This document shows positions 24,109 to 47,270 of a stretch of DNA of 64,000 bases, one piece after another (position 1 is the first letter of the stretch; every line of letters begins with the position of its first letter). Origin of the DNA: Macrostomum hystrix (Eukaryota > Animalia > Platyhelminthes); NCBI GenBank assembly GCA_950097015.1, contig CATNEN010000030.1:2170001-2234000 (forward strand), written 5' to 3'. Under the pieces are notes generated by a model that did no database searches, had not been told where the DNA came from, and was given only the letters and a program-made list of their open reading frames with translations. The position numbers were made by a program, and so were the translations under genes.

Positions 24109-25930
24109 TTGGCTAGCTGCTGCTCGCTGCGATCTGCAGATCCGCATGTTATTGCTGCCAGTAGTAAATGAATAATGTATGAGGTTTTGTATAAAAAACC
24201 GGTCATAGAAATCATTATAGGCACGCTATCGATCTGCAAGGTTTTTATTTGAGCACCAATTTTGTGATTTGTTTTGTTCCTTGTGACCCGCAGTTACAAA
24301 CAATGTTAAATGATAAAATATTTTCGTCAAGAAAATTTCACGAAAAATGGGTGTACATTTTCTGATTTTAGGTTTAATTTTCGATTTTGTTAAGTTAAGC
24401 TCTTTTAAGATCTTTATATTTAAAATGTTGTGTGTCGTGATTTTTTAGACCGGAAAATCACATTTTTATGATTTTTTCTATTTTTCATTGTCGTGCAATT
24501 TTTCTTCTTGCTAATGCCAAGCATGCTCTGTGTTAGAGTTAAATGCACTTTTGGATCCATTCATTATTGTTCTCTAAGATTTAGTTTTTAACATTTGTTC
24601 CGTCCAAAACTTAGCTTTTTCTTCTCTATCAAGCATCTCAAAGCAGTTTTCCTTCCCGTATATTTTAGCTAGCTAGTGTAAGCATGAAACCCATACTTCA
24701 TATGTTATATTCGTATTAATATGCCCAGTGTAAAAATGCTATTAGTGCCTTTGCTCATATTTTGCCTTTAAAATTCTTTAATTGAACCAGACGCATCTAT
24801 TAGATTATTAGTTAGTTAATCCGTAGTTCCATTGAAGAAAAAGAATTATCTTCACTGACTTAAATAAAAACGTTGCATATTTGGATTGATTGAAAGTTAT
24901 TTCGCAATTTATCAATAAATGCATAAGTGCATAAATCAAAGGTTAGCTTAAGAAGTGCTGAACTCGTATCTCTGTTTATTCAATAGTATTTACATGCATA
25001 AACGTTGGACTTGGGAAATATATTTAAAGTACGCATCTCAATCAGGCCTCAATATCAAAGGCAGTTTTGTCCAGCCTCACCCCTGTCTCCATGCAGTATC
25101 TGGGGCCGCAGACATTGAGCTCGCCAAATAACTATCGGCTGCCATCGTTTCCCTTTATCATTCAATTTAAGATAGAGTGACATCCAGTTCACTAAAACAA
25201 CGCTGAGTGCTTTCAGTCCGTTCGTCCACCTGAATGGATGCGTTCGATCTAAAAGCGATCCTCGCAGATGCCTCACCGTCTGCTTAACTCGAGTTTCCTT
25301 GGCGTGCCTCTGTCCAGTCTACCGACAAATCGCAGTCTGCAGCCACCCGTCACGCTCCGCCCGCCCTCCCCCTGAGCCAGCCAGCATCGACTCAAATTGT
25401 AGGACGGGGACTTCTGTCACCCCCCACCACCGCCGATGGCATCCGGGCGGGCCCTGTCAGCGAGTCTGTCGGGCATCAAGTAAAGAAAGAGATTGCGAAA
25501 AAGCAGACGACAAGAGAGGACGAAAAGTGTTGTGCAGATGCGAAGCTTGTGGGCTGTGGCGGGAGAGGCAGGGAGAATTCAGAGGCAGGGCAAATAAAGA
25601 AAATCATGGGCGTTCCCCTCCATCGAAGCGCCGGCTTAGGCCTCAAAAACAAGGCTGTGGAGGAGTCGGATTGGCTGCTTCAGTGAGCCGAGAAACCATT
25701 TGCCCCTTGCCGGCCTGCCAGCCTCCGCAAATCAAGCGGAGGTTCGCTTCTTCTTATTTCCGCTTCATTTTCGCCTCCGTTCCAAGCCGCTTTGCAAGAC
25801 GCCGACAATCTCTACTCGAGCGGAGTGAGTAGTGCTCAAACAGGGGGTCCGAGAAAGTAGAAGAAACACCACTTGGAGTGCTTTCGCCGGCTCAATACTA
25901 AGAATCAAGGGTCCTTTAGCCGGGTTCACG

Positions 25931-36675
<10,745 letters not shown>

Positions 36676-37444
36676 GACAGCTTGAGCACTCAGACTGCCG
36701 TGACTGACTGTGACGGCTAGCTTGGGTATAAGGGGCTGGTCAGTAAATTAAACCTTAAACTTGATGAAGAACAGTGATGATTTAAAAAACATATTACAAG
36801 GTCTAGATAGAGTGACTAGATCCTAGATAGAGTCAACACTATTGATTGGTGACAAGATAAAGGTGATAAATATCACAGGTGACTAGATAGCGATCACAGA
36901 TGAATCGATGAATAGATACCGATCTACAGAGACTAGATGAAGTCACCTGGCATAATATAGGTAACAAATAAAGGTCAAATAGTTTAAATATCATTGTTGT
37001 TTTACTGTCGGCTTATAAACGCGTATTTATGTACTGTACGTATTTATTTTGCACATTAATATTGCGCTTATAACTGCGAGTGTATTAAGCAATCTAGGCA
37101 GTAGTTGAGACTATTTTAGACAATAAAACTATTTGTATTTAGTGCAATTCAGGCATTTTTTGTTTTCCTTTTTTCTATCAGGTATCTATTCGGTTGCAGC
37201 CCCGAAATAATTAAATTGCAGTCTTTGGTCCCACAGGGACTAAAATTCCCCAGAGACTAATTCGCGATCAAATATAAATCTATTCATTCTCGCGTATTTG
37301 GAAAAACAAGCTCCCGCTGCAGCAGCTGCTGCTGCAATCTCATGAAATCCCTAGACACAGTTCATTTTTCACTCTCATTATCGACAAAAAATCCAAGCCT
37401 TAATCTCACAGATACTATCAACTTTCAAATCCTGTAAAATTTCT

Positions 37445-37830
37445 GACACTCCTGTCCAACAGATAAAATATTCATCCAACAGATGTCACTACGGTTCAAC
37501 AGATGACACTACTGTCAGTTAGATGACACTCCTGTCTAACAGATGACACTCCTGTCCAACAGATGACACTACTGTCCAACAGATGACACTACTGTCAGTT
37601 AGATGACACTCCTGTCTAACAGATGACACTCCTGTCCAACAGATAACACTCCTGTCTAACAAATGACACTACTGTCTAACAAATGACACTACTGTCTAAC
37701 AAATGACACTACTGTCTAACAAATGACACTACTGTCTAACAGATAACACTCCTGTCTAACAGCTAACACTGCTTTCTAACAGATAACACTGCTTTATAAT
37801 AGATGATACTGCCGTCTGACAGATAGCAAT
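37445..37830. repeat. Minisatellite, 20 bp unit CTGTCTAACAGATGACACT(C/A)
   Basis: Direct tandem repetition between the convergent TRPC and SLC22 3' ends. Confidence 0.93.
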
Positions 37831-38489
37831 ACAGGTGTAACAAATGAAATCTACTGAAAATTGAGGAAGTGTTTATTAACTTCGTGCATTTAAAGGCAGT
37901 GCATCAAGCACTAAAAACACTTCTGATGTACAAAAGCAAAAAGCAGCGAGCTTGTTCGATACATAAATCACGAGCTAAATCGCGAATTCTCAGCTATGGA
38001 CAGAGCATAAGAACTGCTCGTTAACATCGTGAAGCTTTCATTGGCTGAATTCAGTCACGTGCAGGGATTGAGGTTGGTAATCCAATGTTTCTAAAAATAG
38101 AAACAAATAAAAGCTTCTTTAGCCAGTCAATTTTGTTTTTCATTAATTATTTCTTGCTTCCCAAAAACAGAAAAACGATGCAAATAGTTAAAAAATCGTG
38201 AGTTCAACATCTAGAAATTGTATTCACAGAACACAAAAAATCGCATACTCAGTATAAAGTACTCATGGAGGAATGTGTCTCGGTTCGGGAAGTATCTGCA
38301 GAGAAAATTCCAAGAAAACGTCGTACGATTTCAAAACTAAAAAGTTTACTAAAGCTACTTAAACAAAATTTAAAACGAAATTCTACACCAAAACAAATTG
38401 GTAGGACAGAAAATCAAGCAACGTACAGTTTATCTGTACCAGCGTAAGGAAATTCGTTTTGGTCAAATTTCATGCTTCTCCATTTAGAT

Positions 38490-38649
38490 TCAAGCGTCGA
38501 TTCCGACCTCCAACGGATCATTGGAGCCGCGAGTGGCCAGGTGAGACACGGATGACGAATCTGACAGGTCGCTGACATCCGGGCCGTAGTCCGACACCCG
38601 CCGGCTCGATCCGTCCGCGGAGCCGCCAACTCCGCCGTTCAGTTTGTGT

Positions 38650-38709
<60 letters not shown>

Positions 38710-41404
38710 AAATCCGATCCCGAGTTCAGGCGCAGAGTTGGGATCTGGAAGGCTGAACTGTTGGCCAGCTTGTTGACCTTGGCGTCCTCTGAATCATCAG
38801 CAGCCGCATCCTTGGCCCCGTCAGCCAGGCGTTGATTCTGCTTTTCTCGTCGACGCAGCCGGCGTCGAAGACACCAGCCACGGCAGGAGGAGACCGCGGA
38901 GCCGATGCTGTCAACAATTCGACCGCTGCCGCTGAGCTGCTCCGCTTCGTCTAGCGTGTCGGGCGGCCGGCAGCGCCGTGTCTCCGGCAGGAGCAGCGCC
39001 AGGCAGCAGCCGGCCGCAGCCAGAAGGCCGCACAGCAGCGACGGCAGCGGCTGCCAGACGCCGGCCAACAGTCCCAGCTGGGCAGCGACGACTCCGCCGA
39101 CCCTGGCCGACGTCGACGCCACGCCTAAGCAGGAATTTCTAGCCGACGTTGGAAAGGCCTCGCTGGCGTGCAGCCAGGCGGCTTCGAATGCCAAAAGAAG
39201 GCCGAATCGACCGGCCAGAGCCGCGGTCAGGCGGCCGGCGAAGCTGGAAGAAGCGCAGGACATTGCCAGCAGGGAGACGGCGCCGATGCCATTTGCGGCG
39301 AAGAGCAACGCGACGCGGCCGCTGAAACTGCCGGCTGCCATGCCGAAAAGGCGTGCGGCCACCTCGGCTCCGGCCGCCATGGTAGCGCTGGCGAAAGCGT
39401 CTCCGCCGCCGATCAAGTCCGTCCAGCCGAGCGCCAGGCCGTAATAGCCGGCGCTGACTATCGCAAAGACGGCCCACACTGTCAGGGCGAGGCGGCGAAG
39501 TGCGGGCCGGCGAAGCAGATTTAACAGTGGCAAGGAGCCCGCAGTGGCTTCTCGGTGTTCTGCTTGGCTCGAATCTCCAGGGTTGTTGAATTTGGTCTCG
39601 TCCCTAAGCATGGGGTCAAATGATGGTCATGAAAGATAAAAAGAATCGAGCATAAATAAATCCACGAAACATTGCTGTAACTCAATAGGGTCTGCGTAAA
39701 TCGACAGTCAGCCTACCTTCAATGATAAGAATAATAATTGCAGGAAGGCAACGCTCACGCAGGTGTGTACGAGTACATCTGCCCTGAATTTCTCATCGTC
39801 AGGCAGTGTACACTTCACTGTGCCTTGAAGGTTGGCCCTCAAGGGCGTAAATGGAATGACAAACTCCCAAGCCTTCTCTCCGCGACTGTGCCCCAAGTGA
39901 ATGTGGCCTCCCTATGACCCCCAATCACCCCCAACCAACCTTTTCGTTAGCATCAGCTGCTCCTCGTGCTGCTGCTGCTGCTGCTGCTGCTGCTGATTCT
40001 GATGATTGTGATTATTGTTTTTTACTTGCAGGGGCTGCCTCTCCAGCAGCCGCTGCAGCCGACTTGCGGTCCGATTAATCCGGGCCATTCGGCACAGAGC
40101 TGCAAGAGCGGCCTCCGTACGGCCGCGCGAGAGAAGCCATCGCGGAGACTCCACTGCGAACAGCCATGCTGGCGGCAGCAGCAGCAGCGCCGGGCCCGAC
40201 GCCAGCAGCTCCGTGGTGCGCCAGTCGCGAGTCCACATGGCCGCTCCTGTCAGGGCCAATAGGCCCAGGCTCCAGCCGTTCTTCATCAACAGGCTGAGCA
40301 GGAAGCGGTCCCGATGGTGCATGGTCTCGGCGTGCCACGTGTAGCTAACGCTCAGCAGGCCGGCTGACGCGAAGCCGGCGAGGCAGCGGAGCCCGGCGTA
40401 GGTCACGACGTCCTTGGCCACCGCGGCGATGGAGCCCGAGACGGCCAGGTTCACACAGGCCACGACGAAGGCGCCACGGCGGCCGCATCTGTCCGACAGT
40501 AGGCCGTAGCAGGCGCTGCCGGCGAGGAAACCCAGCATAAACAGCACCTTGACGACGGTTGCTAAGTACTCTCGATCACAAACTAGACGAAATGTCTCCA
40601 GTGAGGTCTCCGTCATCTGGCGATTGTTGAAGACTAGCCGCTGACAGCCCCCGCTTGCCGTCCAGTTGGCCGAGCAGGCGTTCATTTCTGTTGTGAAATT
40701 CGCAGTCGCAGCAGAATTAGCCAGTCTAGCAGTTGCCGAGCCGTTGCCGCCCTCCGCAGCTTCCATTGAGTTGTCAAGACAGGCGAACGGTCGGCGAAGC
40801 ATGGTGAAGTTCACTGACAGGGTCTGCATCGCCGGAAACGCTGACGACAGCGCCATCAAGCAGAGGAAGCCGGCCTGGTAGGCCCGGCGGCGTCCCACGG
40901 CTTCAAGAAGCTCCTCGCATGTTGGCGATTGAACCGGCTGCGGCTGATGTGGCTGCTGCAACTGCTCAGGCTGCTGCGGCTGATGTTCTTGTTGACCTAC
41001 CTGCGGCTACAGGGGGGTGGGTGGCATGGCGCGTTTGCCTCTTGTACCAACTTGCTGAGCTCCATTCCGCGGCGAGGCCGCATTCATTTGGGGCGCAGCC
41101 GCGGAGAAAATACTTGATGGGCTTGTCGTGCAATTTTCGCCTTTTCTAAAGGCGAACTTCTAAAGCACTATGAGAAAGTCAGGGCAGATGTACACACCTG
41201 TGTGAGAATGCGCCCCTGCGTACGGTATCTGTGTGCGTGTGTGCTCAGGAGTCAGCAAAATGGGCAGAATTGTCTTTCTTAGCCCGTTGCTCTACTGCAA
41301 TTATTTTATAATTACCTGCGGCTGCTGCTGCTGATTTTCGAGTTGCTGCTGCAGCAGCGTCTGTGGCTGGTCAGCCAGGTTGCGGCTGTTTGAGGAGATC
41401 AGGT
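38490..41404 (-). CDS. SLC22-family (MFS) organic cation/anion transporter; the start-codon exon is unresolved
   Basis: Exons 41404-41316 (probable), 41000-39940 and 39603-38490, in frame. Motifs EELLEAVG...YQ, FRLVCDRE, LSDRCGRR, ESPRWLLSRG, SEAFPTSARNSCLG, LLLPET. Confidence 0.9.
39752..39911 (-). mobile_element. SINE family A, partial copy in an SLC22 intron
   Basis: Reverse-complement match to the 52398-52838 element (GTGTACACTGCCTGACGATGAGAAA...CAGGGCAGATGTAC). Confidence 0.85.
41040..41280 (+). mobile_element. SINE family A copy in an SLC22 intron
   Basis: ATTCCGCGGCGAGGCCGCATTCATTTGGGGCGCAG...GAGAAAGTCAGGGCAGATGTACACAC...AATGGGCAGAATTG shared with the other copies. Confidence 0.85.
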
Positions 41405-42414
41405 CTTACAAAGAAGATCGCACGCCACGATTGCAGCGTGATAGAATAGCATAAATTTTTCTCAGCCTGGCCGGTAAATTTTATTAGGAGTAGAATCTGG
41501 TGCCAGCCCTGGGCAGATCGGGGCTTGTCCACTTTTACCCACCGACCAATCCGGAGGCAGAGAATGAGAGAGAAGAGCGACACGCAGCTTGTGGGTGCAG
41601 GGGAATCGCGACGCGTCCCCATTTTTCCTCCAGCGGATCCCCCAATAGCCTGGCTAAGCATGCGGCTTCTCAACCCTCACCTGGCGATGGCACTTTAGTC
41701 TTCAGCCACTCCGACTGGCTCTTCGGCTCCCATTGCAGAGAAGCATTGTTTCTGCGCGGCGCTGGGCCTGACAGCGGTGGGGGGGGGAGGCCTGGGGGAC
41801 AGGATTCTGGGCGAGGGCCTCCTCATCTGCTCTATTTCTTCTCTCAGAGCTGCTTCTCGCCTCATCGCAACAGTCTCCTCCCTGCTTCTCTTCTTGTCCC
41901 GCCCCGCATGCGTCACTAGCTAGCTGCAGATGTCCCCAGTCTCTAGGGGAAAGTAATCCCAGTTGAAGTCATTGCATCGCCCTGTCTGTGGCTCAGGCCT
42001 GAGTCGCTGGGATCTTCCAGGATGGGAGCAGTTTTTAGTACGTCACTCAGCTCAAAATTTGTTGAGCAGACCTCCTCAAAAAACGAGGCCCCCAGGCCGA
42101 TCGTTGCTACATAAAACGGACTAATTTTCCTTTTTTTCGAGTACTTATCCCCAACGGATGTTTACCATGTTATTTTCTGGGGATTTCATAATTCGCTAAT
42201 AAAATTAGCCGTATACAGTCTAGTCCGGCTCTTGCTTTCCATTAACAATAATGTCACTGCAAGCTAATCTAAATTATTGAACATTCTCATGTGTCTGATG
42301 TCTTTTCGCGCCCTTTGAAACATTTGTTTACGCTGCCTAGGATAGAACAGGTGATATTTTGAATGCCAATTTTAGCTTTAGTTGGGAAAATATTGTGTTC
42401 ATTTCACAGACACT

Positions 42415-43690
42415 GATGTGTAGCACAGGTAGACGGAAGTGTAACACAGGTACACGGAAGTGTAGCTAATACAGGTACACGGAAGTGTAACACAGGTACA
42501 CGGAAGTGTAGCTAATACAGGTACACGGAAGTGTAACACAGGTACACGGAAGTGTAGCTAATACAGGTACACGGAAGTGTAGCTAATACAGGTACACGGA
42601 AGTGTAGCTAATACAGGTACACGGAAGTGTAGCTAATACAGGTACACGGAAGTGTAGCTAATACAGGTACACGGAAGTGTAGCTAATACAGGTACACGGA
42701 AGTGTAACACAGGTACACGGAAGTGTAGCTAATACAGGTACACGGAAGTGTAGCTAATACAGGTACACGGAAGTGTAGCTAATACAGGTACACGGAAGTG
42801 TAGCTAATACAGGTACACGGAAGTGTAGCTAATACAGGTACACGGAAGTGTAGCTAATACAGGTACACGGAAGTGTAACACAGGTACACGGAAGTGTAAC
42901 ACAGGTACACGGAAGTGTAACACAGGTACACGGAAGTGTAACACAGGTACACGGAAGTGTAACACAGGTACACGGAAGTGTAACACAGGTACACGGAAGT
43001 GTAACACAGGTACACGGAAGTGTAACACAGGTACACGGAAGTGTAACACAGGTACACGGAAGTGTAACACAGGTACACGGAAGTGTAACACAGGTACACG
43101 GAAGTGTAACACAGGTACACGGAAGTGTAGCTAACACAGGTACACGCAAGTGTAACATAGGTACACGGAAGTGTAACACAGGTACACGGAAGTGTAACAC
43201 AGGTACACGGAAGTGTAGCTAATACAGGTACACGGAAGTGTAACACAGGTACACGGAAGTGTAGCTAATACAGGTACACGGAAGTGTAGCTAATACAGGT
43301 ACACGGAAGTGTAACACAGGTACACGGAAGTGTAACACAGGTACACGGAAGTGTAACACAGGTACACGGAAGTGTAACACAGGTACACGGAAGTGTAACA
43401 CAGGTACACGGAAGTGTAACACAGGTACACGGAAGTGTAACACAGGTACACGGAAGTGTAACACAGGTACACGGAAGTGTAACACAGGTACACGGAAGTG
43501 TAACACAGGTACACGGAAGTGTAACACAGGTACACGGAAGTGTAACACAGGTACACGGAAGTGTAACACAGGTACACGGAAGTGTAACACAGGTACACGG
43601 AAGTGTAACGCAGGTACACGGAAGTGTAACTAACACAGGTACACGGAAGTGTAACTAACACAGGCACAATGATGTGTAACACAGACACAC
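42415..43690. repeat. Minisatellite with 21 and 25 bp units ACAGGTACACGGAAGTGT(AAC/AGCTAAT)
   Basis: Direct tandem repetition. Confidence 0.98.
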
Positions 43691-44087
43691 TGATATGACA
43701 GGTACATTAATACCATTGCTCTTATTTGAATTCGCGTATACGCAGCTGAGTGCATCATTGAGGAAACGAGATGTATGATGAGGTTCAGTTTGAGTTGATG
43801 CTCTATTCCTGCAAGTCGGCTTGTTAGGCTGAGGCTTGCCAAGTAAAACAAATAAATCTCCACCACCCTCAGAGATTTTTCAAGCACGAGTATAGAGAAG
43901 AAAGTTAAATTTCTGGCGGTTGCCATTGGATACAGAGCATAACAAAAGTTGCTCTCATGAACTATTTCTCTCTCTCTGGCTCTCTGCATAGACCAAATTT
44001 TTATTTATTGGCTTTTTAAAATGTTTTTTTTCAGCACAGTTTGAGTTCTATCCCTAGTGAATAGTTCTAGCTTTGGCTCAGATCTCA

Positions 44088-45044
44088 AGCTGAGAGCTGC
44101 CACCAGGCAGCTGATGGAGGCGACTGTCGCAGGCCAGTCAAAGGCTGGGGAACGTCGCCAGCAGCATCACCGGCTTTCACTGAACTGTAGGACAGCTTGA
44201 GCACTCATACCCTAGCCAGTCGTCACAGTCAGTCACGGCAGTCTTAGGGCCCTGTTAGAAGTGATAAGTCAGTAAATTAAACTTTAAACTTGATGGAGAA
44301 CAGTGATGATTTAAAAAACATATGACAAGGTCACAGGTGACTAGATAGAGTCAACACAATTGATTGGTGATAAGATAAAGGTGATAAATATCACAGGTGA
44401 CTAGATAGAGTCAACACAATTGATTGATGACAAGATAAAGGTGATAAATATCAAAGGTGACTAGATAGAGTCAACACAATTGATTGGTGACAAGATAAAG
44501 GTGATAAATATCAAAGGTGACTAGATAGAGTCAACACAATTGATTGGTGACAAGATAAAGGTGATAAATATCACAGGTGACTAGATAGAGTCAACACAAT
44601 TGATTGGTGACAAGATAAAGGTGATAAATATCACAGGTGACTAGATAGAGTCAACACAATTGATTGGTGACAAGATAAAGGTGATAAATATCACAGGTGA
44701 CTAGATAGCGATCACAGATGAATCGATGAATAGATACCGATCTACAGAGACTAGATGAAGTCACCTGGCATAATATAGGTAACAAATAAAGGTCAAGTAG
44801 TTTAAATATCATTGTTGTTTTACTGTCGGCTTATAAACGCGTATTTATGTACTGTACGTATTTATTTTGCACATTAATATTGCGCTTATAACTGCGAGTG
44901 TATTAAGCAATCTAGGCAGTAGTTGAGACTATTTTAGACAATAAAACTATTTGTATTTAGTGCAATTCAGGCATTTCTGGTATCTCTGGTATCTATTCGG
45001 TTTCAGCCCGAAATAATTAAATTGCAGTCTTTGGTCCCACAGGG
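44088..45044 (+). pseudogene. Duplicated fragment of the TRPC last exon and 3'UTR (source 36572-37239)
   Basis: Colinear high similarity from AGCTGAGAGCTGCCACCAGG to TTGGTCCCACAGGG, with substitutions, a small internal inversion and a 60 bp unit amplified six-fold. Confidence 0.92.
44339..44706. repeat. 60 bp tandem repeat x6, arisen inside the duplicated TRPC 3'UTR
   Basis: CTAGATAGAGTCAACACAATTGATTGGTGACAAGATAAAGGTGATAAATATCACAGGTGA recurs every 60 nt; single copy at ~36821-36881. Confidence 0.97.
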
Positions 45045-45046
45045 GA

Positions 45047-45445
45047 TCAGGAATCGAAGCAGTCGTAGAGGCAGCGCAGGTATTCGTGGTAGAGATTGAA
45101 CCAGTCAATTTTGCTCTTGTATGACGCTCCGCTGGTCCTACCGTCTGTCCGTTGTCTGGCATATTCCCTGTATCGGCGCAAATTGGTTTGCATCTCAGTT
45201 GACAGGTAGTCCTTATGCTGATCCTGAGTCCGCTTAACATAATCTCGAATTATTAATAGGCGCGTCTCCACATCCCGGCCAATCAGCACCGCCCTGGAGC
45301 CCTCACGGAAGCGGAAGCTGCACCATTGGCGGCAGCGAATATCCGACAGGCTGTTGATGTGGTTGGCCGGCCAAGTGGCTGCAACTCGGTGGTGACCGGT
45401 GCACAGAAGTGTCAGCCACAGGCTGGCAAGCAGGACTGGCTTCAT
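45047..45445 (-). CDS. Small secreted protein, 132 aa, with two C-x3-C motifs
   Basis: ATG at 45445; signal peptide MKPVLLASLWLTLLCTGHHRVAA; RCRQWCSFRFR near the N-terminus and LRCLYDCFDS at the C-terminus; single exon. Confidence 0.72.
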   Translation of the reverse strand: MKPVLLASLWLTLLCTGHHRVAATWPANHINSLSDIRCRQWCSFRFREGSRAVLIGRDVETRLLIIRDYVKRTQDQHKDYLSTEMQTNLRRYREYARQRTDGRTSGASYKSKIDWFNLYHEYLRCLYDCFDS

Positions 45446-46251
45446 ATCGGAGCAGAAGGTGCGTTGGAAGATAGGTAGCAGAAGAGCTTTTCTAGTCAAT
45501 AAAACCCGGCAGGACTCACAGCCATTGGCTGACCCGAAAATACACTTTAGCAGATAGGAAATTCTAGCTTACCGCTTGAGAAAAACACTGATAGCTTCGG
45601 TGTCGGTGTAACATATGTTCAAAATGTTTGTTTCATTAGAAAGCTCTAATGAAATTCTCTATAGTTTAATTGAAGCTTGTGTGTCTACCTGTTTTAGCTA
45701 GTGAGCTGTGCTTAAATAAGCTTGAGTCAGAGAAGAAAAAACCCGCCGATAAGAAGTTACTGGATCTCAATGCAGGCCACACTTGTTTTATCGGACAGAT
45801 TTATAACTGAATTAATTATTTTAGCTTTATTACGTGACCTTTAGGCGGTAAATTACTGCCCACGAGAAAAGCATTGCCTAGGTGCAAATAAAAAATAAAA
45901 TTACTAAATTGTAATAAAAAAAATTGTACTAAACTCGAACTAACTGAACTACAAAACTTTGTACTGGAATTGCAGAAGAAAACAACATCCTATTTTATCT
46001 GGACGATCTTGGCATTGAAGACAGCGCGTGTGGGAATGTACAGCTCGCCTGCTGCTCTAGTGGCAGTGTCTGATTGTATCTGATTGGCCCGTTTTGGCAG
46101 AGTCAACACCGATTGTTAATGTGCAAACAGAAGCTTGCTGATAATGCCTTCCATGCCAAGGCGAAATTTTATGCAATTGCTTTCTTAAACAGTTAAACAA
46201 ACTAATCTGAGCTGTAATTAGATTCCTTCTCTGGTATAACACCTTCTCAAT

Positions 46252-47270
46252 ATCTTCCTCTCTTTAATCTCACCTCCTCTCCTCTCTCATCTCACTCTCC
46301 TCTCCACTCTCATCTCACTCTCCTCTCCACTCCTCTCTCTTCTCACTCTCCTCTCCTCTCCTCTCTCATCTCACTCTCCTCTCCTCTCTCATCTCACTCT
46401 CCTCTCCACTCTCATCTCACTCTCCTCTCCACTCTCATCTCACTCTCCTCTCCACTCTCATCTCACTCTCCTCTCCTCTCCTCTCTCATCTCACTCTCCT
46501 CTCCTCTCTCATCTCACTCTCCTCTCCTCTCTCATCTCACTCTCCTCTCCTCTCTCATCTCACTCTCCTCTCCTCTCTCTTCTCACTCTCCTCTCCACTC
46601 TCATCTCACTCTCCTCTCCTCTCTCATCACACTCTCCTCTCCTCTCTCATCTCACTCTCCTCTCCTCTCTCATCTCACTCTCCTCTCCTCTCTTATCTCA
46701 CTCTCCTCTCCTCTCTCATCTCACTCTCCGCTCCTCTCTCATCTCACTCTCCTCTCCTCTCTTATCTCACTCTCCTCTCCTCTCTTATCTCACTCTCCTC
46801 TCCTCTCTCATCTCACTCTCCTCTCCTCTCTCTTCTCACTCTCCTCTCATCTCACTCTCCTCTCCTCTCTCATCTCACTCTGCTCTCCTCTCCTCTCTCA
46901 TCTCACTCTCCGCTCCTCTCTCATCTCACTCTCCTCTCCTCTCTCATCTCACTCTCCTCTCCTCTCTCATCTCACTCTCCGCTCCTCTCTCATCTCACTC
47001 TCCTCTCCTCTCTCATCTCACTCTCCTCTCATCTCCACTCTCATCTCACTCTCCTCTCCTCTCCTCTCTCATCTCACTCTCCTCTCCTCTCCTCTCTCTT
47101 CTCACTCTCCTCTCATCTCACTCTCCTCTCCTCTCTCATCTCACTCTCCTATCCTCTCTCTTCTCACTCTCCTCTCATCTCACTCTCCTCTTCTCTCCTC
47201 TCTCATCTCACTCTCCTCTTCTCTCCTCTCTCATCTCACTCTCCTCTTCTCTCCTCTCTCATCTCACTCA
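46252..47270. repeat. CT-rich low-complexity satellite, (CTCTCCTCTCATCTCA)-like units
   Basis: Direct observation; near-pure pyrimidine strand. Confidence 0.97.

Noticed and set aside
25832-25930. N-terminal extension of TRPC from the ORF track
   Set aside because: It starts at GTG; the first ATG is 25931, preceded by a plausible acceptor
41680-41916. Candidate first coding exon of SLC22
   Set aside because: The phase-1 donor at ~41681 fits, but the available ATGs are out of frame across a C9 run; unresolved without cDNA
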